Below, piece by piece: positions 1-12,740 of a stretch of 64,000 nucleotides of DNA (the first letter of the stretch is position 1; each line of letters begins with the position of its first letter). The stretch is from Narcine bancroftii (Eukaryota), in contig NC_091482.1 of the NCBI RefSeq assembly GCF_036971445.1, forward strand, positions 50,592,001 through 50,656,000. Reading direction: 5' to 3'. The notes beneath the pieces were generated by a model. It searched no databases. It was not told the DNA's origin and saw only the letters and a list, made by a program, of their open reading frames with translations. The position numbers and the translations under genes were made by a program.

Positions 1-204
1 TCTCGTGATGCAATAACGTTGATTTGCCATTTCTATTTTTTAGAAAATATTGATAAATGTGTGGGCGGAACATTCCCTGTCACACCTACACTGATAATTG
101 CAAGAGTAAAAGGGCTCCTTAATTGACATTTTTAAACCTTGTGACACAGTGTAAAGTTTCCCCAACTCCTTTGAGGAAAAAGATTGATGTATTTTCTATA
201 TTTT

Positions 205-428
205 TAATTTTAGACATACAGCTTGGTAACAGGAGCTCATGAGCTCATGCCGCCCAATTACACCCAATTGACCTACAACCCCAGAATGTTTTTGAAGGGT
301 GGGAGGAAACCGGAGCAACTGGAGGAAACCCGTGCAACACAGGGACAATGTACGCATTCCTTACAGACAGCACTGGATTCGAACCCTGGTCACTGGCGCT
401 GTAACAGCGTTGAGCTAATCATTACGCT
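205..428 (-). mobile_element. V-SINE (tRNA-derived, HE1-like)
   Basis: Minus strand has B-box GGGTTCGAATCC, V-domain GGGTTTCCTCCAGTTGCTCCGGTTTCCTCCCAC and a LINE-derived tail ending GTATGTCTAAAAATTAAA. Confidence 0.75.
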
Positions 429-1092
429 TTTTTTTCAATCATTTGAACTCATCCTCCTTTTGATTTTGTAGTAACAATGTAAATGTCATTGTATCCTTGG
501 CATCAGCCCCATCACTTTATTTTTTTGGTGCATTGTAAGGAAATCACCCAAACCTAATTTTTCAATAATTGGGTGTTTTCATTTTTTTTTGCTGCCTTAC
601 CCTTTCTGGTTCTGACCCACTTGGCTGGCTGTTATTCAGCCTGGCACGTCCACTACAATCCTTATTTTGTGACCTGCCTTTAAATGTCTCCGCATATTTT
701 AAGTTCTAAACTGTTGCAGCTTTTCATAATCTGAACCACAGTTTCTGCAACATTCTTTATCCATCAGGAGGTCTTCAGGGTAAATCACTTCTGCTTTCTT
801 TTTCATGTATTAGACAGACCTAGTATTCATCTCATTCCAGGTGGCACTAGAAACACCAGGCAGATTAACGTATGGTATAGAAAAGATTTTGCAAGGAATG
901 CAAGGCTAATGTGACTGAATTATTTAAGATATATGGATGGATGAATTAAAGACGGCCTCTCCAATGACAGCTTTCCTCAACTCCCCACACGGTGTACAAA
1001 ACAAAAAATATTGCTTGCACAGAGCAAGCTTTAAATATACTATATAATCCATTTGATGTATGAATTTGGAAGTAGGACTATTAGGAAACAGA

Positions 1093-1338
1093 TTTTATTT
1101 TAGACATACAGTATGGTAACAAGACCTTCTGGCCCATGAGCCTGTGCCGCCCAATTACACCCAAATGATTTACAACCACTGTATGTTTTGAATAATGGGG
1201 GGATATTGGAGCACTCAGAAGAAACCCACTCAGACACAGGGAGAACGTACAAACTCCTTACAGACAGCACCAGATTCGAACCTGGGTTGTGGGCACTGTT
1301 ACAGCGTTGCACTAACCATTACACTAACCATGTTGCCC
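1093..1338 (-). mobile_element. V-SINE
   Basis: Same head, B-box (GGTTCGAATCT), V-domain and tail as the 205-428 copy. Confidence 0.75.
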
Positions 1339-2029
1339 ATTAATGAAAGCTTAAAATATTGTTAGAAAATTCTGCACATTGATCTCTCCTGAGGAAAGCT
1401 TTTAGAGATGATAATTTAACAGCAGTGGAGAAATATCAAAAATAAGACTAAAAAGAAGACAAAAATATTTCAACATCCCATGAAGGAGATTTGGGTGGAA
1501 ATGAAACTGCGATGGAACTTCATAGTTTTTTTCTAGAACACTTCTCTGATTTATTTTTAATGAAATGGCCATATTTTTCCCCTTTATGGTTCATATTCTT
1601 TTCAATAAAGTGAAAATTGACATGGTTAATTTACTTCTCAGAACGTGCACATCTTATCTGATCCACATGGTCTTCTGAACTAAGGCATCATAAGTTTCTG
1701 ACTGGTGTTATTCTTGGGATTCAGATTGCCTTTTATCTAAAACTATGGCTGCACACAATGTCTTCTCTTTTCCTGCTGTAATTAATTTACAGTAAGTTTT
1801 AGTTGTTTAACTTTCGATTGTTAAAATTATCTAAGAGTAAAATTGATAGTATGATGTGAATTTTCTGCTGCTTTATTTTCCTTCTTCAATTGTGGGCTCC
1901 AGAAGAGAATGTGTAGGTTTAGGGTGACTTTTTTCCTGATTTTTAAAATCATGTGCCTGGAGCGAACATGCGTCTCTTGCGCAAACTGGATCTCTTGCAT
2001 CTCATGATCTGCTGAATCTTTCTTGATTT

Positions 2030-2305
2030 GTGCTGTTTTTTCAACTTAAAAAAAACTTTTTCAACGTTTCTTTTGTATTATGGAACCCAATGCACCAGAC
2101 ACCCTGATCGCCTACCCATCCGACCTTGCGACACCCTGAATGTGGACTTACCACCCGGACCTGGCCATCCGAGCTCCCGACACTTTGAAAGACATAGGTA
2201 TTTACCGCGATCAAAAGTATGACACGTTTAAAAGTCGACCCCCCCCCAAATTTGACCCAAAAATTTGGTCCAAAAAACTTGACCATTACAAATATATATT
2301 CTTAC
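2030..2305. mobile_element. Possible pogo/Tigger-type DNA transposon remnant
   Basis: AAAAGTCGACCCCCCC...AAAAAACTTGAC subterminal-like motifs and a GC-richer internal tract; termini unclear. Confidence 0.3.
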
Positions 2306-2659
2306 ACTCCAACACCTTTGCAATAAAACTCAATTTGCCTTTTGCCTTCTTAACTATTTTTTGGAGCTGCCTCCTGATTCATGGTGTAAAAAACACTTAA
2401 ATTCCTCTCAACTTTACTCATTTACAATGCCTCTCCATTGAGATAATAATCTACATTATGCACATCCCCACATTAAGCTTCATTTGCCTTGTATTTACTG
2501 GACTACTTGATCCATTTATTAACCTTGCAGATTCGCAATATCTTCACCACAACATTCTCTCTTTTTTTTATATTCTATCAGCTACTTGGGAACCTTATGT
2601 AATGTTCCATTCTCCTGGTCATGAATATAAATAATCGCAATTGAAGGCCAAGAACCAAT

Positions 2660-2855
2660 CACCCGTGCCGTCCAATTACACCCAACTGACCTACAACCGC
2701 TGTACGTTTTTATTTGAAGGGTGGGAGGAAACTGGAACACCCGAAGGAAACCCATACAGACACGGGGAGCAAGTACAAAGTCCTTACAGAAAGCACCATC
2801 TCTGAACCCCGGTCGCTGGTGCTGTCACGGCACTGCACTAATCACCATGCTGCCA
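2660..2855 (-). mobile_element. V-SINE
   Basis: V-domain reverse complement GTGGGAGGAAACTGGAACACCCGAAGGAAACCCA plus tRNA-like head. Confidence 0.7.
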
Positions 2856-4049
2856 GGTTTCTGTCCATGGGAACAAACTTCTAATACCTTGGGCTCTTAC
2901 TTCATGCACCAAATATTATCAAAGCAATGTTCTAAATATCACTGATACCTTCAACCTTATGAACATTTTTATTATCTTTGCGTGCCTACTTTAGGTCATT
3001 TAGACATCTAGATTACCAAGTCTCTTTGCTCTTTTTAGCTCTATTTAGCTTTGCTTTAATCATCCAAGGGAGAAGGGCTTTCTTTATCCTTCCCATCAAG
3101 ATGAATGAGCTCACACTTTGCTACACTGAAGCTAATTTGTTATTTCTCTACCTGTACAATTCATGATAGCTAGAGCCAATAGTTCAATATGTCTCCTGAA
3201 TAACTTGACCATATAATTACCCTTGATGGATACCAAGTAACATAACTCCAGCATCTGCAGAATTTCTTATCTAACTAATATAATTTTCCTTGTTGTGACT
3301 TTCAACTGTGTACTGTTGTCTGGCCTTGCATATGTAGAGCTATCCTTGAGCTGCTGCCAAGTTCATGGATGGTTGCTATCTTGCTGTGGAGGAAGTAGAA
3401 ATTGGGTCCAAAGAATCACTGTTTGTAGATACGTGCTTCTGATTGTAACAGATGGCATACTATAGACGGCCAATATAGGTGCATTTTCCCATATTCTGAC
3501 TGTGATCTGTTCTTGCCAGCTTTCCCATGCTGATCCCAATTTTCAACCACCCTCTACTTCGTGCAGTCCCAGCGATGGGCTGATTGGATGAGAGTGACAC
3601 ATGCAGAAATGGTGTATTTTTCCACTCTGGAGTCCTATAGTTCATAAGTGATACATTAAGTGGCAATGTGTGGAGGAAGTGTTGTGGGGAGGCCTTTCTT
3701 TGTGGAGTATCTTGCACATCAGTGATAATAAGATGCTAACTTATGATCATGAGGAGTGGATAAATGGGTCAGGATGTGATGAGAAAGAGAAGGTTGCAGG
3801 ATGAGGGAATATAGGATGTGAGAGGGAATTGGACTGAAGATATCATGATCATCATTAAGTCCTGATGTACCTCTGGTCAATAGCTTAGGTCAGCTGGATC
3901 CATGACCAGAAGGACCATCTCTTTTAAATGACTGAGCACTGATCCTGAAATGAACCCTCTTTGCTACTGTCACCTATTGTATCAATCTTCATCCACCAAC
4001 AAGGAAGAAGACTCAATGAATGTCGGTCGACCATTCAGACATTTGTGTA

Positions 4050-4275
4050 AAACACAAAAGTCTGCAGATGTCAGCATGGGAGTGGGGTGCAGAATTGAAA
4101 TGATTGGCCTCTGGGTGATCCCTGTCATTGAGGGAAGCGGAGCAAAGCAAAGCAATGCTTCAGTCTGGTGCTGATGTAGAGGAGACAATAGGAGCATCAG
4201 ATGTAGTAGATGACTCCCACAGATCGCCAGTGAAGTGTTGCTTCACTTAGAAGGACTGTTGGGCCCCTAAATGGG
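4050..4275 (-). mobile_element. Penelope-like element remnant (GIY-YIG endonuclease fragment)
   Basis: Minus strand 4270-4150 reads, with stops and frameshifts, GPKQSF*VKQHFT..SVGVIYYI*CS.CLLYI, matching the PLE GIY-YIG pattern. The family terminal motif ACACAAAAGTCTGCAGATG is at 4053. Confidence 0.6.
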
Positions 4276-4399
4276 GGAGGAGGAGTGGATACATCAGAAT
4301 CAGAATTTATTATCACGATCAAGTTATGAATTTCATTGTTTGGCTGCTCAACCTTGAGGCTGCAGGGGTAGGGGCCACGTGCCCTTACACCTGCTCTTC

Positions 4400-5545
4400 C
4401 ATTCAAAGCTTCATGGCTCATCTTGTACTTTTATGTAACATTCCCACAGTCATCTTGTGCCCCTTATTTCTATTAATCAAAAAAAAACCTCTCGCTCCCT
4501 TGAATAGACTCAGCAAATGAACCTCCACAGAACTCTTGGGAAAAAGAATTTCAAATATCCACTACCTCTGGGTGAAAAACATTTTCTCCATCTCAGTCTT
4601 AAATAATTAGCTTCTAATTTTGAGCCTGTGAGTATTGGTTCTCAATACTATCACCTGCATTAAGAAATGTCTCTGCTCCTTCTAAATTCAAGTGAGTACA
4701 GGCCAAGTCCTCTTCATCATTCCTCAGAGGGACAAGCCCCTCCCCATGTCTGAAAGCCATCTGGTGTACTTTTGTTGCAGTCCCTCTATTTCAAATAGAT
4801 CCTCCCTTAGATAGAGAAAGCAATTCTGCACACAACATTCCAGGTGCAGTCTCCGAAGGACTGTAGAGCCTTACACAATTTGCAATGAGATATCTTTCCT
4901 CTTGTACACCAATCCAGTTGCGATAAAGGGCAGCCTACAATTTCCCATCTTAATTTCCAGCTTGTTGATTTTCACCAATTCGTCTGCAAGGCCAGTTCTC
5001 TTTGAACGCCTATAATTTTCAATCTCACTATTTAAAGGATACTCCGCTTTTCTATATTTCTTGCCAACCTCACATTTTTTGTTCTACATTACTTTCCATC
5101 AGCCATGAACCTAACCTGTCTAAATTCCCCTGAAGCCATTTGCTTCTCCCCTATTCCTATCAATCCCCAATAGCATTCAGTTTACTATCAACAACAAATT
5201 TGCATATACTGTATTACATTTTTCCCCCTCATCCAACTTGTATATAAATTGTAAACAGCTGTAGCCTCAGCCCTGATCCCTACGGCATCCCTCTAATTAT
5301 GGGCTCCCGTGCCAAAATTGACAGGTTTAATCCTACTCTATCTTTTCTGCATGTTAACCAATCCTCAAGTACAGTGATTACCTCCAATACCATATCCTCT
5401 ACTTTTAATAACTTTGCATGCAGGATCTTCTCAAGGGCCTTGTGGAAACTCAAATACATAACAGCTGCAAGCTTCCCCTCATTTATTCTGCTGGTTCTAA
5501 CCTCAAACAGTTATATAAATCAGGATATCCACTTCTTAAATCAAT
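4400..5545 (-). mobile_element. Decayed CR1-type LINE 3' region
   Basis: Antisense CR1-like motifs (CTCCATCTCAGTCTTAAAT, TCCAGGTGCAGTCTC, CCTGATCCCTACGGCATCCCT, TCAAGGGCCTTGTGGAA). Confidence 0.6.
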
Positions 5546-5769
5546 TTGAATTGATTTACCTTGCAGACGAAAGCAGACTTAATCAGAAATGATGATCGAC
5601 AAAAACCCTGACATTGGAGACTGAATAGTATCCTCCCTGCCCCAATTCTAGCAATGAAAGACTAACTCTTGTGTGCCATTTAAATGCAATTGGTTCATTT
5701 CAATCCAAATGCTGTGAGATTGGCAAAATGGCAAAATGAAAAAAATAGTTGACTGATATAGCAATGGAT

Positions 5770-6216
5770 TACCTTATCCGGTACGGTTGCTGCAGAGAAA
5801 TGGATCGGAGGTCAATCCACAGGACCATAAGAGTGGCAGAGAGGATCACTGGAGTCTCCCTCCCCTCCATCAATGTGATCTACTGGGATTGCTGTCTGAA
5901 GAGGGTGTCCAAAATCATTGAGGACCCTTTCCACCCTGCAAACAGCATCTTTCAGCTGCTCCTGTCAGGAAAGAGATACAGGATTATTAGAGCCAGCACC
6001 ACCAGACTGAGGAACAGCTTCTTCCCATGGGCCAGTGAGAATCCCAAACGTCCAAAGGAACTCGTTACATTAACCGTCCAAGACTCCCATATTTATATAT
6101 GAATACTTGTCCTGCATATGTGTTTGTTATATTTGGCTATGTATCCACATGTTTTGTACCAACGACAGGCGAATGCCCTGAACTTGTGCAATCAGATGAA
6201 AATAAACTTGACTTGA
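5770..6216 (+). mobile_element. Rex1/Babar-type LINE 3' fragment
   Basis: RTIRVAERITGVSLPSI...IIEDPFHPANSIFQLLLSGKRYRIIRASTTRLRNSFFP C-terminal motif; tail AATAAACTTGACTTGA. Confidence 0.8.
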
Positions 6217-7084
6217 AAATTAGTGTGGATGTACCACAGCTTTTGGAAAATGTAATGTGACATGATTTTGTTTATCATATTATCTGCAATAATAGGGTTC
6301 TTGTGAAGACTGTGATGCAAGTGGATACAATGCCAATGAAAGATCTTTAAATATAAAATGTAACAATTTAAACATCAAATACATTCTCTGTAATGCAAAA
6401 GAGAGAATAAAATGATTAATCTGAAATTTGCAGAAAAATTGGAGTAGAACAAAGGTAAACTTTTGGAAGAAGTTCATCTTTCTGATGGCAGATTAGGGAG
6501 TGACCAGATTACTGTGTACAATTAAACAAATTGCTAAAAAGAATATGAAGCACAATCTTTATGGAAGTAAGCCGTGATAAATCTTGGAACATTAAGAGAT
6601 TTCTATGTCTGGCTTCAGAGAAGTTTTACCGAAAATGGATGGAGAGGAAAATGTCGATAACATTAATTACCATGAAGTGCAATACTGGATACTTTCTGTC
6701 GATGACATTGCACCGTAAATATCTAGACAGACCACAGCTTTGAGGGAAGCAGTGCAGAAAGACTTAATTCTGCTGCATTGCTGTTTCATTGTGCTGCGTC
6801 CATCTAGGTTGAGACACTGCGTGTTTATGAAGAGCATCCTTGAACAAGAAAAATGCATAAGAAAATGACTAGTTAATTGATGAGAAAAATAACCATGGCT
6901 GCATATTTACAAAGCAATAAAGAATCTACCGTGCACCATGTGGTAATTTAGTATTATTCTTTGTATTTACCATGGAGGAACTTGCCTCCATTATTATGGA
7001 TAATGGACAATCAACCGTAATTGACTCATTTATTTAGCTGAGTGGTCATTAGCTGTTCAAACAGCATGAAAGGATCTTTAATTT

Positions 7085-7315
7085 TAAAAAATAATAATTT
7101 TTTTTACAGCATGGTAACAGGTCCTTCCAGCCCATGAGCCCTTGTTGCCCAAATACACCAATTAACCCCATACATTTTGGAGGGTGGGAGGAACTGGAGC
7201 ACCCAGGGAAAACCCATGGAGACTTGCAGGCAACATACAAACCCCTTACAGATAGCAATGGATTTGAACCCAGGTCGCTGGCAGTATAATAGTGTGCTGC
7301 ACTCACCATGCCACC
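7085..7315 (-). mobile_element. V-SINE
   Basis: B-box GGGTTCAAATCC, V-domain and tail on the minus strand. Confidence 0.75.
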
Positions 7316-7525
7316 CTTTCTGGCTGACGATTCATGCATAGATTTAGTCTTTACATTAGACTTCATTCTAAGAAAGAATAGAAAGCCAAGGGCTACATCA
7401 TTCCATTACTTGTGGATCCTGTTGAGATGTAATTTGTTTGTAAAAAGAATTAAATATTTTTACGCCAAAGAAATGATTAAGTTGAAACTTCCAGTAATAA
7501 TTGATTCTTATTTCATTATCTACAG

Positions 7526-7728
7526 AACAGATTATACACCTCATGAAGTTTCACGACGTCCTGTTCGTGTGCAGGAAGCGTATAGACCAAAATCTGGTGA
7601 GGTAGATCTCCACACAACTTACAAGACAGACTATAACCCCTACAAAATTAAGCCTGTAGAGAGTATGCGTCCTCCAGAAAGAAAACATGGGAAAGGAGGG
7701 AAAGTAGACACTGTACCAACATACAAAG
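7526..7728 (+). CDS. SAXO2: SAXO2-like (stabilizer of axonemal microtubules, FAM154B), penultimate coding exon
   Basis: Acceptor ttatctacag|A at 7525/7526 and donor AAAG|gtagaa at 7728/7729. Encodes TDYTPHEVSRRPVRVQEAYRPKSGEVDLHTTYKTDYNPYKIKPVESMRPPERKHGKGGKVDTVPTYK, with SAXO Mn-type TTYKxDY motifs. The phase-1 donor joins the 9705 exon in frame. Upstream exons were not identified in the window. Confidence 0.88.
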
Positions 7729-8597
7729 GTAGAAGGTTATTGATTTTTAAATAAGAAATTGTTAGCTTTTTACCTTAATGGACTGAAAACTGGTATGATA
7801 ATATGAGGGCGATGATATTGTCTAGCAAACTAAAGGAAATTCATAAAATTTGTGGACTGATATTGAAAAAAATGACCATAAAATAGAATATGATGGAAGC
7901 TCTGTAGGAAAGTAAAACAACCACCTCAGTCAGCTTTGATTTATGTGTGCTTTTGTGCAGTTGAATTTTAATGCAATCTGAAAAGGTTTCATCAACCATC
8001 CAATTCTAAAAAAAACACATGGAACATGAACAAGTGGGGTAAAAGTTCAACTTCGCTCGCCACAACTTTAAAAATATTTTCCGTAATTCCCCAAAGAGAA
8101 TAGAATGAAATTATATTCTTTATGCTTTGGAATTTGTCTTACAAAGTCTTAATTGCAGAGATCTGAATAGATGCCACAGGCTTATTCTGTGCACTTCAGT
8201 TGTGAAAATCCTAGCACTATGGCAGACTGATTAAATTTGGATTTATGTATTATTGTGCTACTCGCACAGTCGCACACATATATAGTCAAATTTAGCACAC
8301 ATTTGTGCATGGTCACAGCACCACCCCAGTTTCAACTCTGATTGAGCTCTTTAAATATGATTGTTCGTTAAAATATATCAGCACCATCCATGCATTTCAA
8401 CATTTTTCTTTGAAAGTGACTAGACTGAATTTTACTTTCCAAACAAATGAGGACAATTATGTCAATGTTAACCTAAAATCTCTTTCTCCTCCCATTTAGT
8501 TTTAAGCCTAGACTAATAATGATAAATTCAGACTTAAAAATAAGACACCTCTTATTCTGTTCAATATGATTCTAAGTTAAATAAATATTAACATTTA

Positions 8598-9460
8598 AAT
8601 ACAAAAGTCTGCGGATGCCATAATCGAAGTAAAAACATCAAGCTGGAAAAACTCAGGAGGTCAAACAGCGTACTTCATAGAGTAAAGATAAAGATACATA
8701 ACCAACGTTTCAGGCCTGAGCCCTTCATCAAGTTATGTAGGCAGGTGCTTGAATAACATGGTGAGGGTAGAGGGGAGGAAATGGGAGGGTTAGGTAAATA
8801 AGCACAGACCCAGGTTATTGGTAGATGAGGGCACAACAGCAAATGGGGAAGGGAGATGGCTCTGTGAATGGAGAAGGAAGGGTGTGGTGAGTTGAGGAAA
8901 GAAATCAGAGGGATCGGGAAGGGAGGGAGAACGGGGAGTGATCTAGAAGAATCCAGATTCAGATTTCAAATTTATTGTCATAGAACATACATGACATCAC
9001 ATACAACGCTGAGATTCCTTTATCCTGCGGGTGCGACAGAATGACCACTAATTGGTAGTACAAAAAATAAACTGTACACAGTGTAAACATGTAAATAAAT
9101 AAAAGAACCATAAACAGATAATGAATGTAAATAAACTATGCAATATAGAGAGAACAAATCAATAAAGTGCGTAAGTAAGAGTCCTTAAATGAGTCTCTAA
9201 TTGAGTTTCTCGCTGAGGAGTCTGATGGTGGAGGGGTAGCAACTGTTCCTGAACTTGGTGGTACGAGGTCAATGTTAATGCCATCCAGCTGGAGAGTGCC
9301 AAGACAGAATATCAGGCATTGATCCTCCATTTTTTTCAGGCAGCTGCTCAAGACCTTGATGACTGGCTCAAGCCCGATTGGTTGGTTATGTATCTTTCTC
9401 TTCACTACATAAAGATCACTGTTTGGCCTGCTGAGTTTCTCCAGCATTGTGTTTTTACTA
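8598..9460 (-). mobile_element. Penelope-like remnant with inverted arms, interrupted by a Rex1-type tail (about 8955-9265)
   Basis: Left arm (GCTGGAAAAACTCAGGAGGTCA...CGTTTCAGGCCTGAGCCCTTCATCAAG) is inverted relative to the right arm (CCTTGATGA...CCTGCTGAGTTTCTCCAGC). Minus strand 9330-9270 encodes MEDQCLIFCLGTLQLDGINID, the PLE C-terminal motif. Confidence 0.7.
8701..8732 (-). ncRNA. Minimal type-I hammerhead ribozyme-like motif (PLE-associated, variant core)
   Basis: Minus strand C-UUGAUGA-A-GGGC-UCAG-GCCU-GAAA-CGUU-GG: core, 4-bp stem II, GAAA and a palindromic AACGUU stem III. Position 3 is U rather than C. Confidence 0.55.
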
Positions 9461-9704
9461 GATTTATGCGGTTTCCATTCAAGGATCAGATAATCCCTCA
9501 TAATTGCCATTGGTGAAGGTGTCAAACCCTCATCTCCATTTGTCTTCAACATTGTTGTAAAATTGAGAAGGAAATGGTTATGTTAATTGATGGTTAATTT
9601 TGCTTTAAGTAAAATAGTCATTTATTCTGTTTGCTTATAAGTACAGTCCAATATATTTATGGAAGTGTAAGATAATATTGAAGCATTTTTTTTTTTTAAA
9701 ATAG

Positions 9705-10690
9705 ATGATTACCGACTTTGGGAAATTCCTAAGAGAAAGCCTAAACCACCCCAAGCTTACTGCCCTCCTACAGCACGGTTTGGGAATCCATCGACATTCC
9801 AAGATGACTATGGCCCCAAGGTATATTCACAGAGGGACAGTTTCAAGCCGCCTGATGTCCCTAAAATATCTGATATCCCCTTTGATGGTCTAACAAACCA
9901 TAAAATATCTTATGTAGCCCATCCAGTAGGGGAACGATATGTGAGACTACAGGAAGAATATAAACCAAATGACAAGCCTTTTGAAAGTCTCACCACTCAC
10001 CGTCGTGATTACACGGGAATGCATGGAGATCCCACAAAAAGTTTTAAACCTGAACAGGCAAAGATAGGATCAGATGCACCCTTTGATGGAAACTCAGAAT
10101 TTCATGATCGATACCAGGCATGGCCTGTTTCCTTGCCCTACATGCACAAACATCCAGATTACGTGCCACCAGATGGTTCAATGGACTTGAATACAACTTC
10201 CCACCTTGATTACATTGGACATAAAGTTAAGCCTCCTGTTCCATTTAGACCTGCAAGTGCAAGAAAGGTCCATGCTCCTTTTCAAGGAAGCACGACAATG
10301 AAAGATGACTTCAAGCAATGGGATATGAAGAAACAAACCATGATCAGGCGGGGTGAAGAAATAAAAGTACCGTATCCAAAATTTGATGATTTGACAACTT
10401 TTAAAGCAAATTATGTCCCTCATCCAATCAATCCACTGCAAAGTTTTAAACCATCGAACGTTCCTCGACTTAGCAAAACACCATTTGATGCTGGAACCTT
10501 GTATCGCACTGAGTATAAACCAAAGAGACTAGAAATATGTCCTGCAAGCTATTCTACTCCACCAGGCTTTGTGTATGACAGCACAGATGCACGTGGTCAT
10601 AAATTCTTCCACAAGATAACACCATCAGAAGAAAATCTGGTGGTGTCACATGAAATGCATTTTCCAAAAGAAGTGGCAGTAGTATCCTAA
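9705..10690 (+). CDS. SAXO2: SAXO2-like terminal coding exon
   Basis: Poly-T tract then aaatag|AT at 9704/9705. Reads (D)DYRLWEIP...FGNPSTFQDDY...LTTHRRDY...NTTSHLDY...FQGSTTMKDDF...EICPASYSTPPGFVYDSTDARGHKFFHKI...VS* in the same frame as ORF 9941-10690. EICPASY.PPG and GHKFF.KI resemble SAXO2 more than SAXO1 (recalled). Confidence 0.92.
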
Positions 10691-11131
10691 GGTGTACAGA
10701 TGCAATTTCTGATGTTAATTCGGTTCCTTTCCTTGGACAATACCACATTAGTCATTCAAATTGCAATACTCTGCCAGAGGCAGAGACATTGATCTTTTTT
10801 TTCCCTTTAAAACAAAATCACAATTTTATCCTGCTTACAGCGATCATGTGAATAGAAGTTTGATCAATTCATATATTTGGCAATATAATTAAGGAAGGAA
10901 GGAAATCTTTAAAAATAACAGAAGCAACATTCTTTTCAAGTCATTGTCAGATGTTTATTTTAACCTATTGGGTGATTAGAATATTCCAAACTAGCTATGT
11001 TAATTTGGTTGACATAATGTACAATTATGAATATGTATGATTTTTACGATGCTTTCAATGTCTAACATTTCAAGTCTTATTTTAAAAGTCTTCAGAATGA
11101 CCAGATAATTAAATTATTTTGTAGGTTGACA

Positions 11132-11137
11132 AATAAA
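11132..11137 (+). promoter_or_regulatory. Candidate poly(A) signal of the SAXO2-like gene
   Basis: AATAAA about 440 bp after the stop codon in an AT-rich, TE-free UTR-like tract; a second AATAAA lies at 11431. Confidence 0.4.
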
Positions 11138-12740
11138 GGATCCTATCTTCAATGCATTAGGCACAATGAAAATTATTATACCACTATCTAAAACCAGGGA
11201 AACTACATTCAACGATTTTCCACTTCATGCTTTAGAAACTATCATAATTAACTATTTTTGAAAAAATTTCCACTGTTCTCAATGTAAAATGAAATAATCT
11301 GGCCTGTAATAATCACAGTGAAAAAATATTCGATAATATTCCGATCTACTTTTTTGTAGCACCATTTCTTTATACAATTCAAAAGAATTCCTACATGGGA
11401 AAATGTTCAAAACTCCAAGTCAAGTTTTACAATAAACATGCACCAAAGCAAAAATGTTATTAAATTTTTATAATGAATCTGCATCATTTTCAAACTTTGA
11501 CTCTATGTTCAGAGAAAATAATATTGTTCACATATTTCATGTTTTTATTTTGCTTGTTCAAGAGGTCTAAATTGGGTCAAGATGTCTTGCACAGTTTATT
11601 GTGTGTACATTGTTGGCCAGGAGTATAGACCAGTTATAATTTGCTGTAATTTTTTTGACCATCTAAAAGTTAGCACCTATCAGTATCTTATGGACTAAGC
11701 TTAAGTTAGGAAGCTGAGACAGTGAAAAGGGTTCTTTCCATTTGCACTTCTGGTAAATCCAGGATGCCTATTTCTTTCCATTGTAGAGCTGTCCCTTCAC
11801 CATACTTAGATAAACCCAAACCACTCAGTTGACTACTCAAGGTCCTCAGGGCCACTTCAATCCCATGAAAAGCAGGTACTCTCATTTAAACAGAGGTTAT
11901 GCACATAATTATAAAGTAACGTGTTACTCATTTACAGTATTATTTAGAGACAACTGAAATGAGAATCCAAGACTTCTGTGATTAAGAAAGCCACAGAAAT
12001 AGAATGAGGAAACCAATCCCTCAGCAGTTTTTGCTTCAGTCTTTTTGATAATAGCTATTGGAATCTTGCCATGCCAACTGGGAACTTTTCGGAGCTAGAG
12101 GAATGACTGATTTATCCACTTTCATAATACTTAAGATAAACAAAAAAGACACTTAACCATCTCAAATGATTTATCCATAGAGAGAATAGTATGGATTAGT
12201 AAAATGTCAGTCTTGATCCATCAAGTGACCACATCAATGGAATAACCTGAAGGTTCTTTCAGCTATTATTAGATAATCTCTCTACTGCAAATGATCACTC
12301 ACTCTCAATGAAAAACTGGATTAGCAAGTGACTGAATTTTTCTGGCTGTTCCTTCTTCACTTGTACAGCTAAGCATTCTTATTTAAAAGTGGAGTCTATA
12401 GATAACAATAAAACAAAACAAAAAAAAAATTGGTATAAACAATTTGTGTGAAGTGGAATTTTAAATTTGTCCCTAATAGAAAATAAAGGACAGTCTGAAA
12501 GTATGCCATTTTACACCTTTAGATTATCATTTTCATTCCAGTTATGTTGGACATCACCTGAGAAAATAAGATAAACTCACATAATCACCATGATTTCCCT
12601 CCCTCCCCCCCACCCTGCTTACTATTCTTTCCTTTGTTGAGATTTTATCTTCCAGCCATTGAAAAAATTTGGCCAATTGTGACATGCCGTAAAACATGTG
12701 ATAAGTTATTTTTTTATACTTTCCCCTCAGCCGTTACTAG

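Noticed and set aside
205-428. tRNA gene (B-box GGTTCGAATCC on the minus strand)
   Set aside because: tRNA-derived SINE head followed by V-domain and LINE tail, present in many decayed copies.
7308-7525. N-terminal extension of ORF 7308-7754 as SAXO2 coding sequence
   Set aside because: Starts in a SINE and is intron-like; SAXO similarity begins only at the acceptor at 7526.
7526-7530. Alternative acceptor AG 5 nt downstream (tacagAACAG)
   Set aside because: Would shift frame relative to the expected upstream phase; no evidence of use.
9705-9893. Separate 62-aa ORF MITDFGKF
   Set aside because: Out-of-frame overlap of the SAXO2 terminal exon; the true frame is set by the phase-1 splice.
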